Below are positions 12,131-24,207 of a DNA stretch of 64,000 bases, piece by piece. The DNA comes from Lama guanicoe (lineage: Eukaryota): NCBI GenBank assembly GCA_013239625.1, contig MU054026.1, positions 496,001-560,000 of the forward strand, in the 5' to 3' direction. Position 1 is the stretch's first letter. Each line of letters begins with the position of its first letter. The notes under the pieces are model-generated. The model did not search any database. It was not told the origin of the DNA and worked only from the letters and a program-made list of their open reading frames with translations. The position numbers and the translations under genes were made by a program.

Positions 12131-15100
12131 GAGGAAGGTGCTTGGCTGGCTGTGGAACAGTCGCCTTACCCAACAGCGAGCCCTCTTGGCATGTGGACCC
12201 AGACATGGCCTTCCAGGGTCACCCTTTGCCTCTTCCTAACCCATCTCACACAGTGTCTGCTGGCTGTTGTCTCTTCTAGTCACAAATACCCTTAGCATTG
12301 TCCCCTATCTAGTCTCATTCCCCATCATTGCCCCCATACAGGGAACCTCTAATGACAGTGTGATCTTTTTGGAGAATCTCAAAAGTAGAAGTATTACTCG
12401 TCCATGGTGAATGTAAAAATAGATTCATAGCAAAAGGAAAGACTGAATGTGACTGAAAATGAAATTGAATTTCCTTGGGACATATATAAATAGAAAGTAC
12501 CGGATTTTTACTTTAAAAAAGGGGAAGTTCAGGTGTCCATCTGTCACCATGCTGGCTGTCATAACCACACAGGGAGACTTGGTTCTCGTTGAGACTGATG
12601 CTTGTCTGTGATGTTTAGATGTTGCTCACCACTGTGGTTTTCCCAGAGGATCCTCTGGAACAGGCAGACTTCCTTTCTCCCTCCCAGCATAAGTCAGACG
12701 TGGCATCTCGTTACCAAATGGTTCTTCATTGGAATTCTACTCGCATACATTTGCTCAGTCCAGTCCGTCCCTGTGCCTGGCCACCTGCCCTGACTCATTT
12801 TAGCCGCAGGTTTTCCTGGAAGCTCCTACTCTGCTCATGGCTGACGCTGCGCCTCCATATCTCTTCAAAGAGCCTGCCTCGTGTGTGGCCATCCCACTCT
12901 GATCTTTTTTCTAGAGCTGTCTTACCAGCTAGACGGCCTGGAATGAAGTTTGTGTTTAGAGAGCCCTCAAGGCTGAAATGTCTTTCAGGAGCTCACTCCC
13001 CTGGGTTATGTCAGTCTTCTCCCTGCTCAAGTGAATGTGCCTTTGGGGGGAATGCACGCTAAAAGCATCTCTCCATTGATTATAGCGTGACTCTCACATT
13101 GGGCTGGGAGGAGTCTGTGATGGGCAGCAGAAAAGGGAGAAAAAGGGTGCAAGAGGTTGAGGTGGTTAATATGGGAGATGTTCATGAAAAGACTCGGGAG
13201 GGGATGCGGGACAGGTCTGCCCACGTGGAGGAGGACAGAGAAGAACCAAACCAAACCTCTTATATTGCACGACTGTGCTGTGAGCTGGCCCTGCTCTCCA
13301 CAATGAGTTAGTGACAGTGGCCACCTGTACCTCCCATGAGGAGCAAAATCCTTTATTATTCATAGTATATTCCACTTAGTTAGAAGATAAAAGTCCCCTG
13401 CCAGAACTAGACTTCTCAGAATAGCATTCGAGTTTTTGGAAAGGCCCATCACCAGTGTGTTTCTTATCCACTCTGAAGATTATAATAAATCTCTCCTTCT
13501 ATTAAGTCATAAATCCTTTAACCACATGCCATTTTTGGTCCATATGCGTTCCTTCCTCTCTCTAACCCTGGGAAAAAATCTTTCCTAGCCAATTTCTGTA
13601 GATACCCGAATGTGAAATCAGATGTGGTTATCTTATTTCTCTAATCAGAAGTTCAGTGGTTACCTGGGGCTTTTTCATCTGTCCTCCAGCTGAACTTTGG
13701 CCTTTGGTAAATCAAAAATTGGTTAGAAATGAGTGAAGCCGACTGGCTCAGTGAGATACAGCTTGAAGTCTTTGCTGAAAGGGTGAACGTTTAAACACGA
13801 TGTGAAGGGAGATTCCAGGTGAACTCTGTTTGTCAAAGCCATAGAGTTAGCAACATAGAAGGTGAGAGTTGTTCTCCTGGAGAAAAATGTCACATCACAT
13901 GGGGAACAGGAATATTTCCCAGGGTGACTGAGTTTTGAGCATCATTCTGAGTGAGTTAGGTGTCCCCCCACTGCCCCAGATATAAGGAAGTAGCTGGAAA
14001 TTACTTTTCTCAAAGTTTTTCAGCCTAGAAACCAGTAGCAAATGTCAAGCAGTCTGCCAGGTGCTAGAGAAATTTATAGGATAAATTTCAAAGTATATAC
14101 ACTCATGAAACAATTTTGAAACACTATGTGGTGTGGATTACAGATGCAACGGAACACCAGAAAAGGAGGGAAAGTCGGTGCCAGCCGAATCAAAGTTGGG
14201 ACTGAATCATTTGGGCCCTGAGCCTGTTGAGTCTTGGTGTTGCCAGGATTTGGGGAGAAGGGGTTGGAGGGAGCTTGCAGAAAAGAAGAGGGGCAGATAG
14301 GGGCCAGGAACTGGACTGAGCTGAGGAACAGACAGGCAGGGCTCAGCGGGTTAGCTGGATGCCGGGGCGTACATTTCCTCCAGCTGTTTGTCTGGAACAA
14401 AGGCAATCTTTTATGGCAGCATTCACTCATCATTCTCTGAAAGGTCCAGCCTGGGGAAGCTGAGTCAGGGGCTGGCGTTACCTCCTTCGGAGCCAGGATC
14501 GGGTCCCTGTCATCGATGGTGTCTCTGAGCTGGTGGTAGTTAACATTTCCTCTTCAGTGCAGCCTAGGGATTGTGAGGATGTCAGACAAACTGAATTCCT
14601 GAATCTCCGGGGTCATTCCGGTCCCGGCTGGTCCCTGCCACTGGGGCTGAAGGCTCTGAGATAGGGCATATAACCCGGGCTCTGCCTCCCTTGAGCAGTC
14701 ATTTTCACACTTTTAAAAATTGATGTATTTTCCCAGGCGGGCGTGTGGCTGCCTGTAGCAACCTTCAGCTAAATGAAAGCATTCTCTCTGTCTCCGGGGG
14801 ACCAGATGCTGACAGACGGGCTGCTAGGATTTAGAATTTCCTGGGTTGAGCCTAACAAAAGAGAAAAATCCATTCTGGGTGCAATTAGACTATTTTTCCT
14901 TTGTCTGCTCCCCTTCTCCTCCCAGAGGAATAGAAGAAATGTAAGGAACAGATGTTTTCTGCTGTTATGGGTAATTTTAAGCCCAGGGTGGTTGAGATAA
15001 TATCGGGTAACAACTAAAAGGTTTGTTTGTGTCCTTGTAAGTCTCTGGGAAGGCTATAATGCCTTGAGTACACTCTGAACAAGAGGGACATTCTCAATAT

Positions 15101-15383
15101 ATTCAAATAAAGTAAAGGATAATTTTATTACATACCATGCAGTAAGGCTTCTGGGCAGAGCTGGGAGCTCCCAGAGGAAAGCAGTTTCAGAGCAACGAGT
15201 GCAGACTGGGAAGGGCACGTTGACCCTGAGGGTCGTAGCAGAAGGGAGCACGCATTCCCACTACCCAACATCACAAACAGGGCGTTGTGCCCACCCAGGC
15301 TGTGTCATAGTCAGTTGCGATGTGTGTCCTTCCAGTCTCGTTACTACCAACACTGGTATAGGTAATAACTTCCATTTTAAAAC

Positions 15384-15605
15384 TAATTTTGTTGAATTAT
15401 AATTTACCTACAGTAAAATGGACCAGTTTTAAAGGTACAAGCTGATGAGTTTTGACAAATGTGTGTAGTTGTGTAATCACCACCATGATCAAGGTCTGGA
15501 ACACTTCCGTCAGCCTAAAATAGCGCTTTGCAGCCAGTTCCCCTCACCCCCTCCACTCCCATCCCATGGCCACCACTGACTTGCTTTCCATCACTATAGT
15601 TCTGT
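15384..15605 (-). mobile_element. Old LINE-1 (L1M-type) 3' end
   Basis: TTGAATTATAATTTACCTACAGTAAAATG...GATGAGTTTTGACAAATGTG...GGCCACCACTGACTTGCTTTC. Confidence 0.75.
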
Positions 15606-15631
15606 CTTTGTTTTTCCTCTGCCATATCCCC

Positions 15632-15772
15632 TTTTTTCTTTTAGTTTTTTTTTTTCTCTACAGGGGAAGGTAATTAGGTTTGTTTATTTATTTTTAGAGG
15701 AGGTGCTGGGGATTTAACCCAGGACCTTGTGCATGCTAAGATGCACACTACCACTTGAGCTACACCCTCCCC
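15632..15772 (-). mobile_element. Vic-1-like SINE
   Basis: Reverse tRNA head ending TACACCCTCCCC; poly(T); TSD TCCTCTGCC(A/G)TA. Confidence 0.9.
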
Positions 15773-16489
15773 CTCCTCTGCCGTACTTCTAAACTAATCT
15801 TTTAAGTGATGACCGTATTGTTTCTATGTATATGTTAATATTACTAGTTTTATTTTAGCCAAGTCTTTATGGCCTTAGAGCCATTCTGTCTCTTTAAGGT
15901 CACTTTGTCAATTTCCACTTCAGTCCGTTACATGTGATCTGTATGCGATCATATTTTAGCTCTTTTTTTTTTCTCCATGTTCTTGGTGGGGAGCACCTCA
16001 CTATAACCTTTATACTTTAAGACTTGTGAAAGGAGAAGACACATACGTATATATGCTGGGAGGCAGGGAAGGGCCAAGGGGAGGGGGCAATAACCAGCAA
16101 GAGGCTGAAGGAAGGAAGGGTGAGCATCACTGATCACTGAGTGACCACCCTGGAGGAGGGAAGACGTGTGGTTGCCTTCGGAGGGCGTGCAGGGTGGAGA
16201 CACTTCTTCTGGGACAGCAAGTTAGAGTAGATACTGTTAGTAGGTTAACCTAGAGGTGAAGAAATGTCAGTAAATCATGTGCTGAGAATGACTAAAATGG
16301 AAAGAATAAGGGATGCAGAAGAGTGTGCTCGGGGTCTGCAACACAGCAACAATTAAGTGTAAAGAAAAAAAATGCTAAGGAGCTTTGAGGGACCAACTCC
16401 TCCTGTAGGTACCACCTGGTTACCATTTTCTGTGGGTTCTTTTTTGATCAGGCAGATGCTTGATCCTGCTCAAGCAAACTTTTATCAAA

Positions 16490-16835
16490 AATACTTTAGT
16501 ATCTAGAGTTTTCAGAATGTTACTTTGTATCCCCATACATCCTTCATCTAAATTCAACCCAGTGTTACATATTGCCACATTTGCTTTCTCTCTCTATCAT
16601 ATAAAACACCCACGGCAGCATCCTTATGATTATTTTAATAATTATCATCATCTTGCTGAAACACTTGAAAGTAGTTTGCAGAGGTCATGACTCTTCATTC
16701 CTTCAGCACATATTTCCCAAGAATGTGGACTCCTTTTTTTCGTACATAACCACAGTTCAATGCACAAAAATCAAGAAATGTAACATTGATCAAACAGTAC
16801 TATTTAATATGAAGTTCATATTCAAATTTCTCCTA
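16490..16835 (-). mobile_element. Old LINE-1 (L1MC-like) 3' fragment
   Basis: CATATTGCCACATTTGCTTT...GCTGAAACACTTGAAAGTAGTTTGCAGA...TACATAACCACAGT. Confidence 0.6.
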
Positions 16836-16886
16836 CTGTAGTGGCTTGGATTTTAAATGCCTCTCTTTCATTCTCTCTCGCTCTCT

Positions 16887-17017
16887 TTTTTTTTTTTTTG
16901 GTTAGGGGAAGGTAATTAGGCTTATTTATCTATTTATTTTCATGGAAGTACTGGGGATTGATTCCAGGACCTCGTGCATGCTAAGCACGCACTCGACCAC
17001 TGACCTATACCCTCCCC
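16887..17017 (-). mobile_element. Vic-1-like SINE
   Basis: Reverse head ending CTATACCCTCCCC; poly(T); TSD-like TTTAAATG(C/A)CTCTCTTT. Confidence 0.9.
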
Positions 17018-17612
17018 TGTCTTTAAATGACTCTCTTTAAACCAAAATGGTCTCATAACTCAAAAGAATGATACTGTTGGGGAACTGTAGGTCATGGGGG
17101 TGCTATTTGAGAGAAGAGAGGTACCCATTGACCAGATAGAGACTCCTAGAATTACGGAGAGTGTCCAACAGATACTTGTTTAATTGACTTAATTTAAGTG
17201 TTAGAACATTACTTAAAAAGTCATTTGTTTGGTTTTCATTTTTAAATTCGTAGCTTTGGAGACCTTGCTGTTAATGAGCGAGCAAGGTAGCTGTTTTGAA
17301 CATGCCATCTCAGCTCCATTTCTCCAGTGCCTTGTAACAGGCAGGATGATACAAAGGAAAACCCTTTTTATTGCCCTAATTCTTATCAATCAAAGACCAA
17401 GGAAAGGATCCTAATATCTTTCTAACATGTTTTCATTTATCTTGGAGTTTAGTTGTCATAAAATCGTATGTTTAAAGCGTCCGTTGGGTGTAAATGGTTC
17501 CATAAACTCTTATAACTGAGTGACACGCCATAATGAAAATATCTTCACAAAGAACAACAAAACAGATCTTTTTTTTTCCTTTATTGTAATCATCAAATAG
17601 TGTGCCCTGAGG

Positions 17613-17797
17613 TATTGATTGAAGTATACATAAACCTGATATGGAGCTATAAAAAGGCTGATAGCATGCTGGTTCAAAACAAACCACACACAAATTAGGC
17701 TGCAAGACACAACCTCAATTCTAGTCATATCCAGCCTCTGCTGAATGGATCACAAAACAGAAATATGTCTGGACAAAAATATTTCTTGCAGGTATGT
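17613..17797 (+). promoter_or_regulatory. Candidate TATA promoter with short first exon
   Basis: TATTGATT (ONECUT-like) at 17613, TATAAAAAG at 17648-17656 and a CAG|GTATGT donor at 17791/17792, all in non-repeat sequence. Confidence 0.3.
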
Positions 17798-18441
17798 AAT
17801 TTTTTAGGATTGCACTGTGAGAAATTTTATTAATCAAAAAGTGGGGAAACTGTATTCAAAAAAGAAGGGACATATTTATTTTAGAAGGCAAGACTAAACA
17901 CAGTAGTGTGGCTAATAGTCCGAGGTGTTTCCTTGCAAGCCACTGTAGTGAAGTAAGTGTTCAGAGAATAGAGTTGTCAAGGTCTGGAAAAATCCAGGGA
18001 GTACTTTGTGGATAAAAGTGATCTGAACTAAGAAGTGTGGTTTTTTTTCTTTCATATTTTCTCTTTGACATGTTTAACTGTTTAAAAGAAATAAACTATT
18101 TCTTTTCTTTAAAATTTCATTTTTTGGGAGCAGCCCCTCAGAGCGAGCTGAGAGGCTGTCATCCCGGGTTCAAAGGGGTTCAAGTCTTCAGAAATGTCCA
18201 CTGAATAAAGTGTAACTCTCAAAAAATAATAAAATAAAATAAAATGAAATAAAATATTCAGTTGATTACCTGAATGGATATGGTAGGTTGGGCAGAGTAC
18301 TGGGGTACTGGGATTTGGAATCCTGGTTTTCCCTGGTTCATTTCTCCCTGACAAAGCAACGTTTTGAACATCCTTTTCTGCACAGAACATTCTGGAGTGA
18401 AAACCATACAACTCCTCACATGTTCCTTCTAGTCCTGTTAT

Positions 18442-18457
18442 GCGCCCCCTGCTGTCC
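18442..18457 (-). promoter_or_regulatory. CTCF core motif
   Basis: The minus strand reads GGACAGCAGGGGGCGC, one mismatch from the GGCCAGCAGGGGGCGC-type consensus, with the CpG retained. Confidence 0.6.
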
Positions 18458-18771
18458 TGTCTTCATGCCACTGCTCAAGCTCTCCACTGCTGGAATTTGC
18501 TCTTCCTCACTGCCGTGTGGCCAAAGCCTGTCCTGTCAAAGTCCACCTCATACCTGTCTTTGGTGGGAAGGCTCCCCTGATCGCCCCAAATGGGAATATA
18601 TTCTTACCTTTTTAAATCTCTTCGAATACTTTCAGCTGTACTTCTCTTTGGGCCCCTACCATTCCCTTTTGGTCTGGTGAGTATGAATTAATTAGCATGT
18701 TTCCTATTTCTTCTGGCCGGCGAACCCCTTGAGGACTGGCCTTGAACCTGCTTTTTGACAAACAATTTTTT

Positions 18772-18970
18772 CCACAACTCTTTTTCTTAGTTTGTGACTT
18801 GTCTTTTGATTTTCTGAGTAAGATCTTTCACAGAGTAGAATTCTTCAGTTTTGTAAAGTCCACAGTATTCCTTGTCTCTCTCTTTTTTCCTTTTTTTTAG
18901 TAATTTGTGTGTGTGTGTGTATATATATATATATTTATTTATTGAAGTATAATCAGTTACAATGTTGTCT
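18772..18970 (-). mobile_element. Very short L1 3' end plus about 130 bp of extra sequence inside a single TSD
   Basis: Perfect 14-bp TSD ACAAACAATTTTTT (18758-18771, 18971-18984); L1 terminus TTATTGAAGTATAATCAGTTACAATGTTGT; (TG)n(TA)n tail. Confidence 0.7.
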
Positions 18971-19514
18971 ACAAACAATTTTTTAGTGCCAGATTTGTGA
19001 AGTTTGTAATGAATATTGCACATTCAAAAGCAAAATTATCATGACAGCATATAACATTTTAATCAATTTGTCTAGAATGAAATGCATTAAAAAAATCTGT
19101 TGCCTAAACTGATATTTTCACAGTCTGCTCTGTAACATTAAAAGAACCTTAGGGACTCTCAATATTATTGTTATAATTCCATAAATGTCATTTTTATAGA
19201 ACTAATTATTACAGCTGGATCCAAGGGGAAGAAATGTAATGCTCTACGTTACAGGTTCTCAGTCTCACGTACTAATGACATTAGGGGCCGGGTTGCTCTT
19301 TGTTGATCTTCCAAGCAACTTCTCTTGATTTCTTTCTAGTTTTGCCTTTACATCGTGATTTAAATCCAGCTTTCACTGTTTACTCTATTTCGTGTCATTC
19401 TATTTACTTGGACTTGTTTTTATTTTGCTTTTGCATCACCTTGAGTAATTTTTTCAATAAAGCGTAGGTTGATGGGTTAAGACAAAGAAGCTTAGTATGT
19501 CTCTTTGAAGGCAG

Positions 19515-20860
19515 ATGTACACATATATGCCTAATTTATTTTTGACAGATGTGCCAAAGAAATTCCATAGGGAAAGGGTAATGTTTCCAACAGATAGTGT
19601 GAAACAATTCTCTAGGTATATATGTCCACAAACAAGCAAAAAAAACCCCTAAGTTTTTATAGAATACTATAAAGACCTCCTCGATTTTTTCATAATGCTA
19701 TATGGAAAAATCAACTTGAAATTGATTTTATTCCTAAATGTAATAGCTGAAACTATAAAACATAAAAAAAAATTAGGAAAAATCACAGTGATTTTTCTGT
19801 TTGGCAAAGAATTTTTAATACCGAGCAAAAGGCATAAAATAAAAAGCATTAAAGTAAAACTAGATTTGACTTCACTAAAATTAAAAACTTTTCCTCTTCA
19901 GAAGATACTGTTATGAAAATGAAAAAGCAAAGACATTTTGATGAAAAATACAGGAAAATGTATCTAATAATGGATTTGTATTTAGAATGTATGAAGTACT
20001 TTTACAACTCAATAAGAGGAAAAATCCATTTTTTTTAAAAAGAGCAAGAGATTCTAAAGCTACTTTACTATAGAAGGTGAACAAATGGCAAATAAGCAGA
20101 TGAAAAGATGTTTAGCATCATTAGTCATCAGGGAAATTCAAATGAAAATCTTAGTAAGATACCACTACATTCTGATTAAAATGGCTAAAATGGAAAAGCT
20201 GACAATATCAAGTGTTAGCAAGCATGTGGAACAACTCAAAACTCTCTTATACTGCTGCTGGGAATGTGAAATGGTATATACTGAAAAAAGTTTTTTAAAA
20301 AAGTTAAAAAATGTACCTCCTATGTGATCTAACCATTCAAATCTTGGGTATTTACCCAAAGGGGGGAAAAAAGCATGCTTTTATTTATGACATACATAAT
20401 TTTCATAGCAGCTTTATTTGTCATAGCTCAAAACTGGAAATGACAGGTGAGTGAACAAATGATCCTTTATCCATGCTACGAAATATCACCTAGCAATAAC
20501 ATGGAATAAACTATTGATACGTGTCACAACATGGCTAAATCTCAGGATAATTATGCTGCATGAAAGAAGCCAGGCAAAAAGGTACATACTGTCTGATTCT
20601 ATTTATATGCAGCTCTGGAAAAAGTAAACTAATCTATAATGAGGGAAAGAAGATCAGCGATCGCTTGGGGGTGAAAAGAGGGACAGGAGAAAAGAATTCC
20701 AAATAATCTCAAGAAACCTTTTGGGGTAATGATTTCAGGGTGTTCATTTATTGCTTATGATGATGTATGGGTGTACACATGTCAAAATTGCTCAAATCAC
20801 ACACTTGATGTACTTTACTATGCATCAATATTACCTCAGGGATAATTGTTTTTAAAAAAT
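19515..20860 (+). mobile_element. Old LINE-1 ORF2 C-terminal region plus 3' UTR
   Basis: ORF 20085-20327 (MANKQMKRCLASLVIREIQMK...RYHY...CCWEC) is a degenerate ORF2 cysteine-rich region. Confidence 0.85.
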
Positions 20861-20984
20861 TGCCTGCAGAATAATGTTTTTGCAATCTGTTTTGCAGCTT
20901 CAAAGTACTCAGGTTTCTCTTTGGAAGGCAGATGTCATATGAAGAAAGTGAACTGCTGAATTACATAGATATGATTTCTGCCTT

Positions 20985-21240
20985 CGATCTGCCACTTCCC
21001 AGTTGCATAAACTTGTGTAAGTTCTTTTGAGTTTAAGAACCTCAGTTTTCTCTTTTGGAAAACAGTTACAATAATAACTGTGACACAGGATTGATGGGAA
21101 TATTATACAGCATAGACAAAGCATCGAGCACAGTGATTTCCACGCACGGATCATTTCTCTCCTCCATCTCTTCTCCCTTCTCCACAAAGCCAAGCACACT
21201 TTGCACGTGTAACAAGTGCTCAATAAACCCTTGTTGTTTG
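20985..21240 (+). mobile_element. MIR SINE
   Basis: GCCACTTCCCAGTTG...CCTCAGTTTTCTC...AAGTGCTCAATAAA. Confidence 0.6.
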
Positions 21241-22429
21241 AATTATTCATCATTTACTGTTTCCATTCAGTTACTAAAGGCATTTAAAATGCAAGATCAA
21301 GAATTGTTCAATCTTATTTTTCTGATCTTGGCACAAATAAAACAAGAGCAATCTTTGAGTACATATAACTAGAGTGTATGGGACAAATTTGACTCCCGAC
21401 ATAATTTCACGTTCACTAAAGTAGTTACTTATAGAAATGAGAACCTTCCTTACACACAAAACAACTAGTTATGATTTAATTATATTCATAAAATGAGAAT
21501 TTTGATCATGATTTTTGATTGGAAAAACATACATAATTATTCTGAAAGTTCAATTATATGCATTTGTCGAAACTATACAATACGTATTTTCTTAATCCAG
21601 AGGAGAGAAAAGGTTTGACTAGTTTAATACAGCAGACATTCAGGACTTCAAACAACAAATGTCTTCTTTAGGATTCAAGAAACTTTCCATATGGGATACA
21701 CTGTCGATGGCATTTCCTTCTGGCAGTTCCTTCTTGCCTCTTCAACTCTATAGGAGACTGAGGAAGCTCCTAGCAAAGGAGTACAAGTATTTTATTTTTA
21801 AATATCTTCAGTAAGGCCGTAGAGAATTTCCCTGTTAGCCTCAGGCATTCTGAAGCCTTGGTTGACACTTAAAGTTTGCTTCCTTCCCAGGGGTGACTGG
21901 ATCAGGCAGAAAGTCCTTTATACATTACTAGTAACAAGCAAGGCGTTAACAGAAAGATGCAGTCAGGGCGGAAACCATAAAAAGCTGCATTATCAGCTGG
22001 AAAATATAAAGCAGCTATATTTCTTCAAGCCATTGTTCAGTGACCACTTAAAATGTTGCCATCATGTCGAAAACCAACAAACCGACAAACAAATTGAAAA
22101 CCATCGCAAATCCACTCTGGATTAGTTTGGAATTTGGTTCTTCAAATAGTCTTTGGAATGAAGTTTGCATTTGTTTAAAATTTCTTTTTTTTTTTCAAAA
22201 TTGTTAACCAGATTGTGCTGTGACTATTATGGAGTTCCTTAAAATATTCAAAGGCAGTATCTCTTCAAGAATCCACATATATGTTAACATTTCTCACATG
22301 TAGGAGGCTCTTAACGCTTACAATAACCATGTCATTCAATTTCATTTCTTCATAACTGTAAATTGTTGAAGTTTAAGTTACTTTTTAAAGGAAGCAGATT
22401 ATTCCTGAATAAATCAGTCAGCAATAGGA

Positions 22430-22874
22430 CCCTAAAGCTGACGGGCCCTACACACTTCCCTGCAGCAATAACCCTTAGATGCACACCTTCCAAATTTCTG
22501 CCTATCAGCACTTCGGACTCTACCTGGTTCCACCTGGCTGTTGGAGCCTGCTTGTCTGCTCACTGAGCAAGACAGAATTGCTCCTATAGTCCCCTCTCCC
22601 CTTCAGGTGGGTAGTAAATCTCCCAACTCCTTCCCGCATGGTCTGGGATGACTCTGAGGTCCACATTCTAGACTATTTTCCAGTTCCCTGGATGAATTAA
22701 GCTCCAGATGTCCACAGTAGTAACTTGCTTGAGAATATACCCTTTATTGGTCCTTTTCTTACCAATCACTTCTCCACTCCCCTACCAGAGTTTTCTGGGG
22801 TCACCTTCCAAGTAAACTGTTGCACTTGGATCTTCATCTCATGATCCTCTTTGGATGGAATCTACGCTAAGGTA
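22430..22874 (+). mobile_element. LTR16-like ERV-L LTR (second copy at about 27516-27960)
   Basis: CCCTTTATTGG...CACCTTCCAAGTAAACTGTTGCACTTGGATC...CTAAGGTA resembles the LTR16 3' end. Confidence 0.65.
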
Positions 22875-23849
22875 GACCTGTGTACTTTGAGTATACGGAG
22901 TGCTTTGTCTGGAGCCTTCTTTTAGAATCCATATTGTCCTGGGAGGAGCAATCACTTTCTTGTAAGTTTGTTGTGAGTCAGTTTCAAGGAGTAAGGTAAT
23001 ATACTACTGAACGGGCACTTCTAGAGAAAACGTCAAGAAGGTGGGTTATCTCGAAAAGCCAAATTTTCAGTTTTCAGTTCTGAGAGGGGAAGGCGACCAT
23101 GGACATCAGCAAACTTCACTCCACTCCATTTGGGAAGGGGTTTGGATAGGGCACCTCTGCTTTCAGTTTCGGCAAGTGTTGCTTGTATTATATTTAATGA
23201 CACCTCAGGAGAGAGTGAGACTCTGTGTGGATCTGGAAAGCAGCCCCCAGCTATAACACAGACAGGATAGTTTGTGTTCAACAACAGGGAAAGTGCTACT
23301 CAAAGATAATCCTCAATTATAGTCTATAAATGATGACAAATATACTTCTCTCTTGTTGTGGCAGGATTTAGAGACTTGCTACTGCCTAAGACATGATGTA
23401 TTTGAAGGGAAAACACATATATATGACCATGTGCCTGTCTTTGTTTAGGTATTGAATTTTCTGTGGGGTTAGCACAGAAACCCCTGTGCTAAGTGTGGGG
23501 AAGGAGTCTGTGCAAGTGTAAAGACATGTATTGTGTGATGTATATTGTGTGGCAAAGGCAAGGCCAAAGGTCTGTCAGCAGTGGAACATGGTGCTAATGA
23601 AGCTATGGCCAGGGGGTCAGTCCTTGGATAAGCGAATTTCATACCAAGAAAGAAAAAGCAGTCCTGAAATCCCAGACAGGAACCATAACCCCAACTTCTC
23701 ATATCATGCAATGTAAATCATCTCTCGCTCCGTCCTCACGTGAGGACATGAGTGTTCGAAGGACACTTTATGTTCCAAAACCAATATGGCGGCACTTGCC
23801 CACTTCATCCCCAACTCTAGTGATAAGCTTGTGCTCTTCTAGAGGGGGC

Positions 23850-24207
23850 GATTGGTTGCTCGGGCTGTCCTAACAAAATTGCACGGGCTAAGTGGCTTAA
23901 CAATAGGAATTTATTTTTCTCACAGCTCTGGAGGCCAAAAATCCAACATCAAGGTGCTGTCAGAGTTGGTTTTTAGGAGAGCTGGATCCTCACATGGCCT
24001 TTTCTTTGTGTGTGCAAGGAGAGAGACCTCTGGGGTCTCCTCCTCTTCTTATGAGATCATCAGTCCTACTGGATTGGGGCTCCACTCTTATGATCTCACT
24101 TAACCTTTATTACCCACCTGAAGAAGGCCTTGTCTTCAAATACAGTCACAATGGGGGCTGAGGCGTCAACATATGAATTTTGGGTAGACACGGTTTAGTC
24201 TAAAACA
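23850..24207 (-). mobile_element. MaLR LTR, MLT1A-like (second copy at about 28936-29293)
   Basis: TCTCACAGCTCTGGAGGC...TCAACATATGAATTTTGGG...TAAAACA. Confidence 0.85.

Noticed and set aside
12619..13062. Longest ORF in the window (147 aa)
   Set aside because: No recognisable domain, Ser/Pro/Leu/Arg-rich composition typical of chance frames, and no convincing splice context.
21660..21872. Plus-strand exon after TTCTTTAG or CTATAG acceptors
   Set aside because: No good donor downstream and no recognisable translation.
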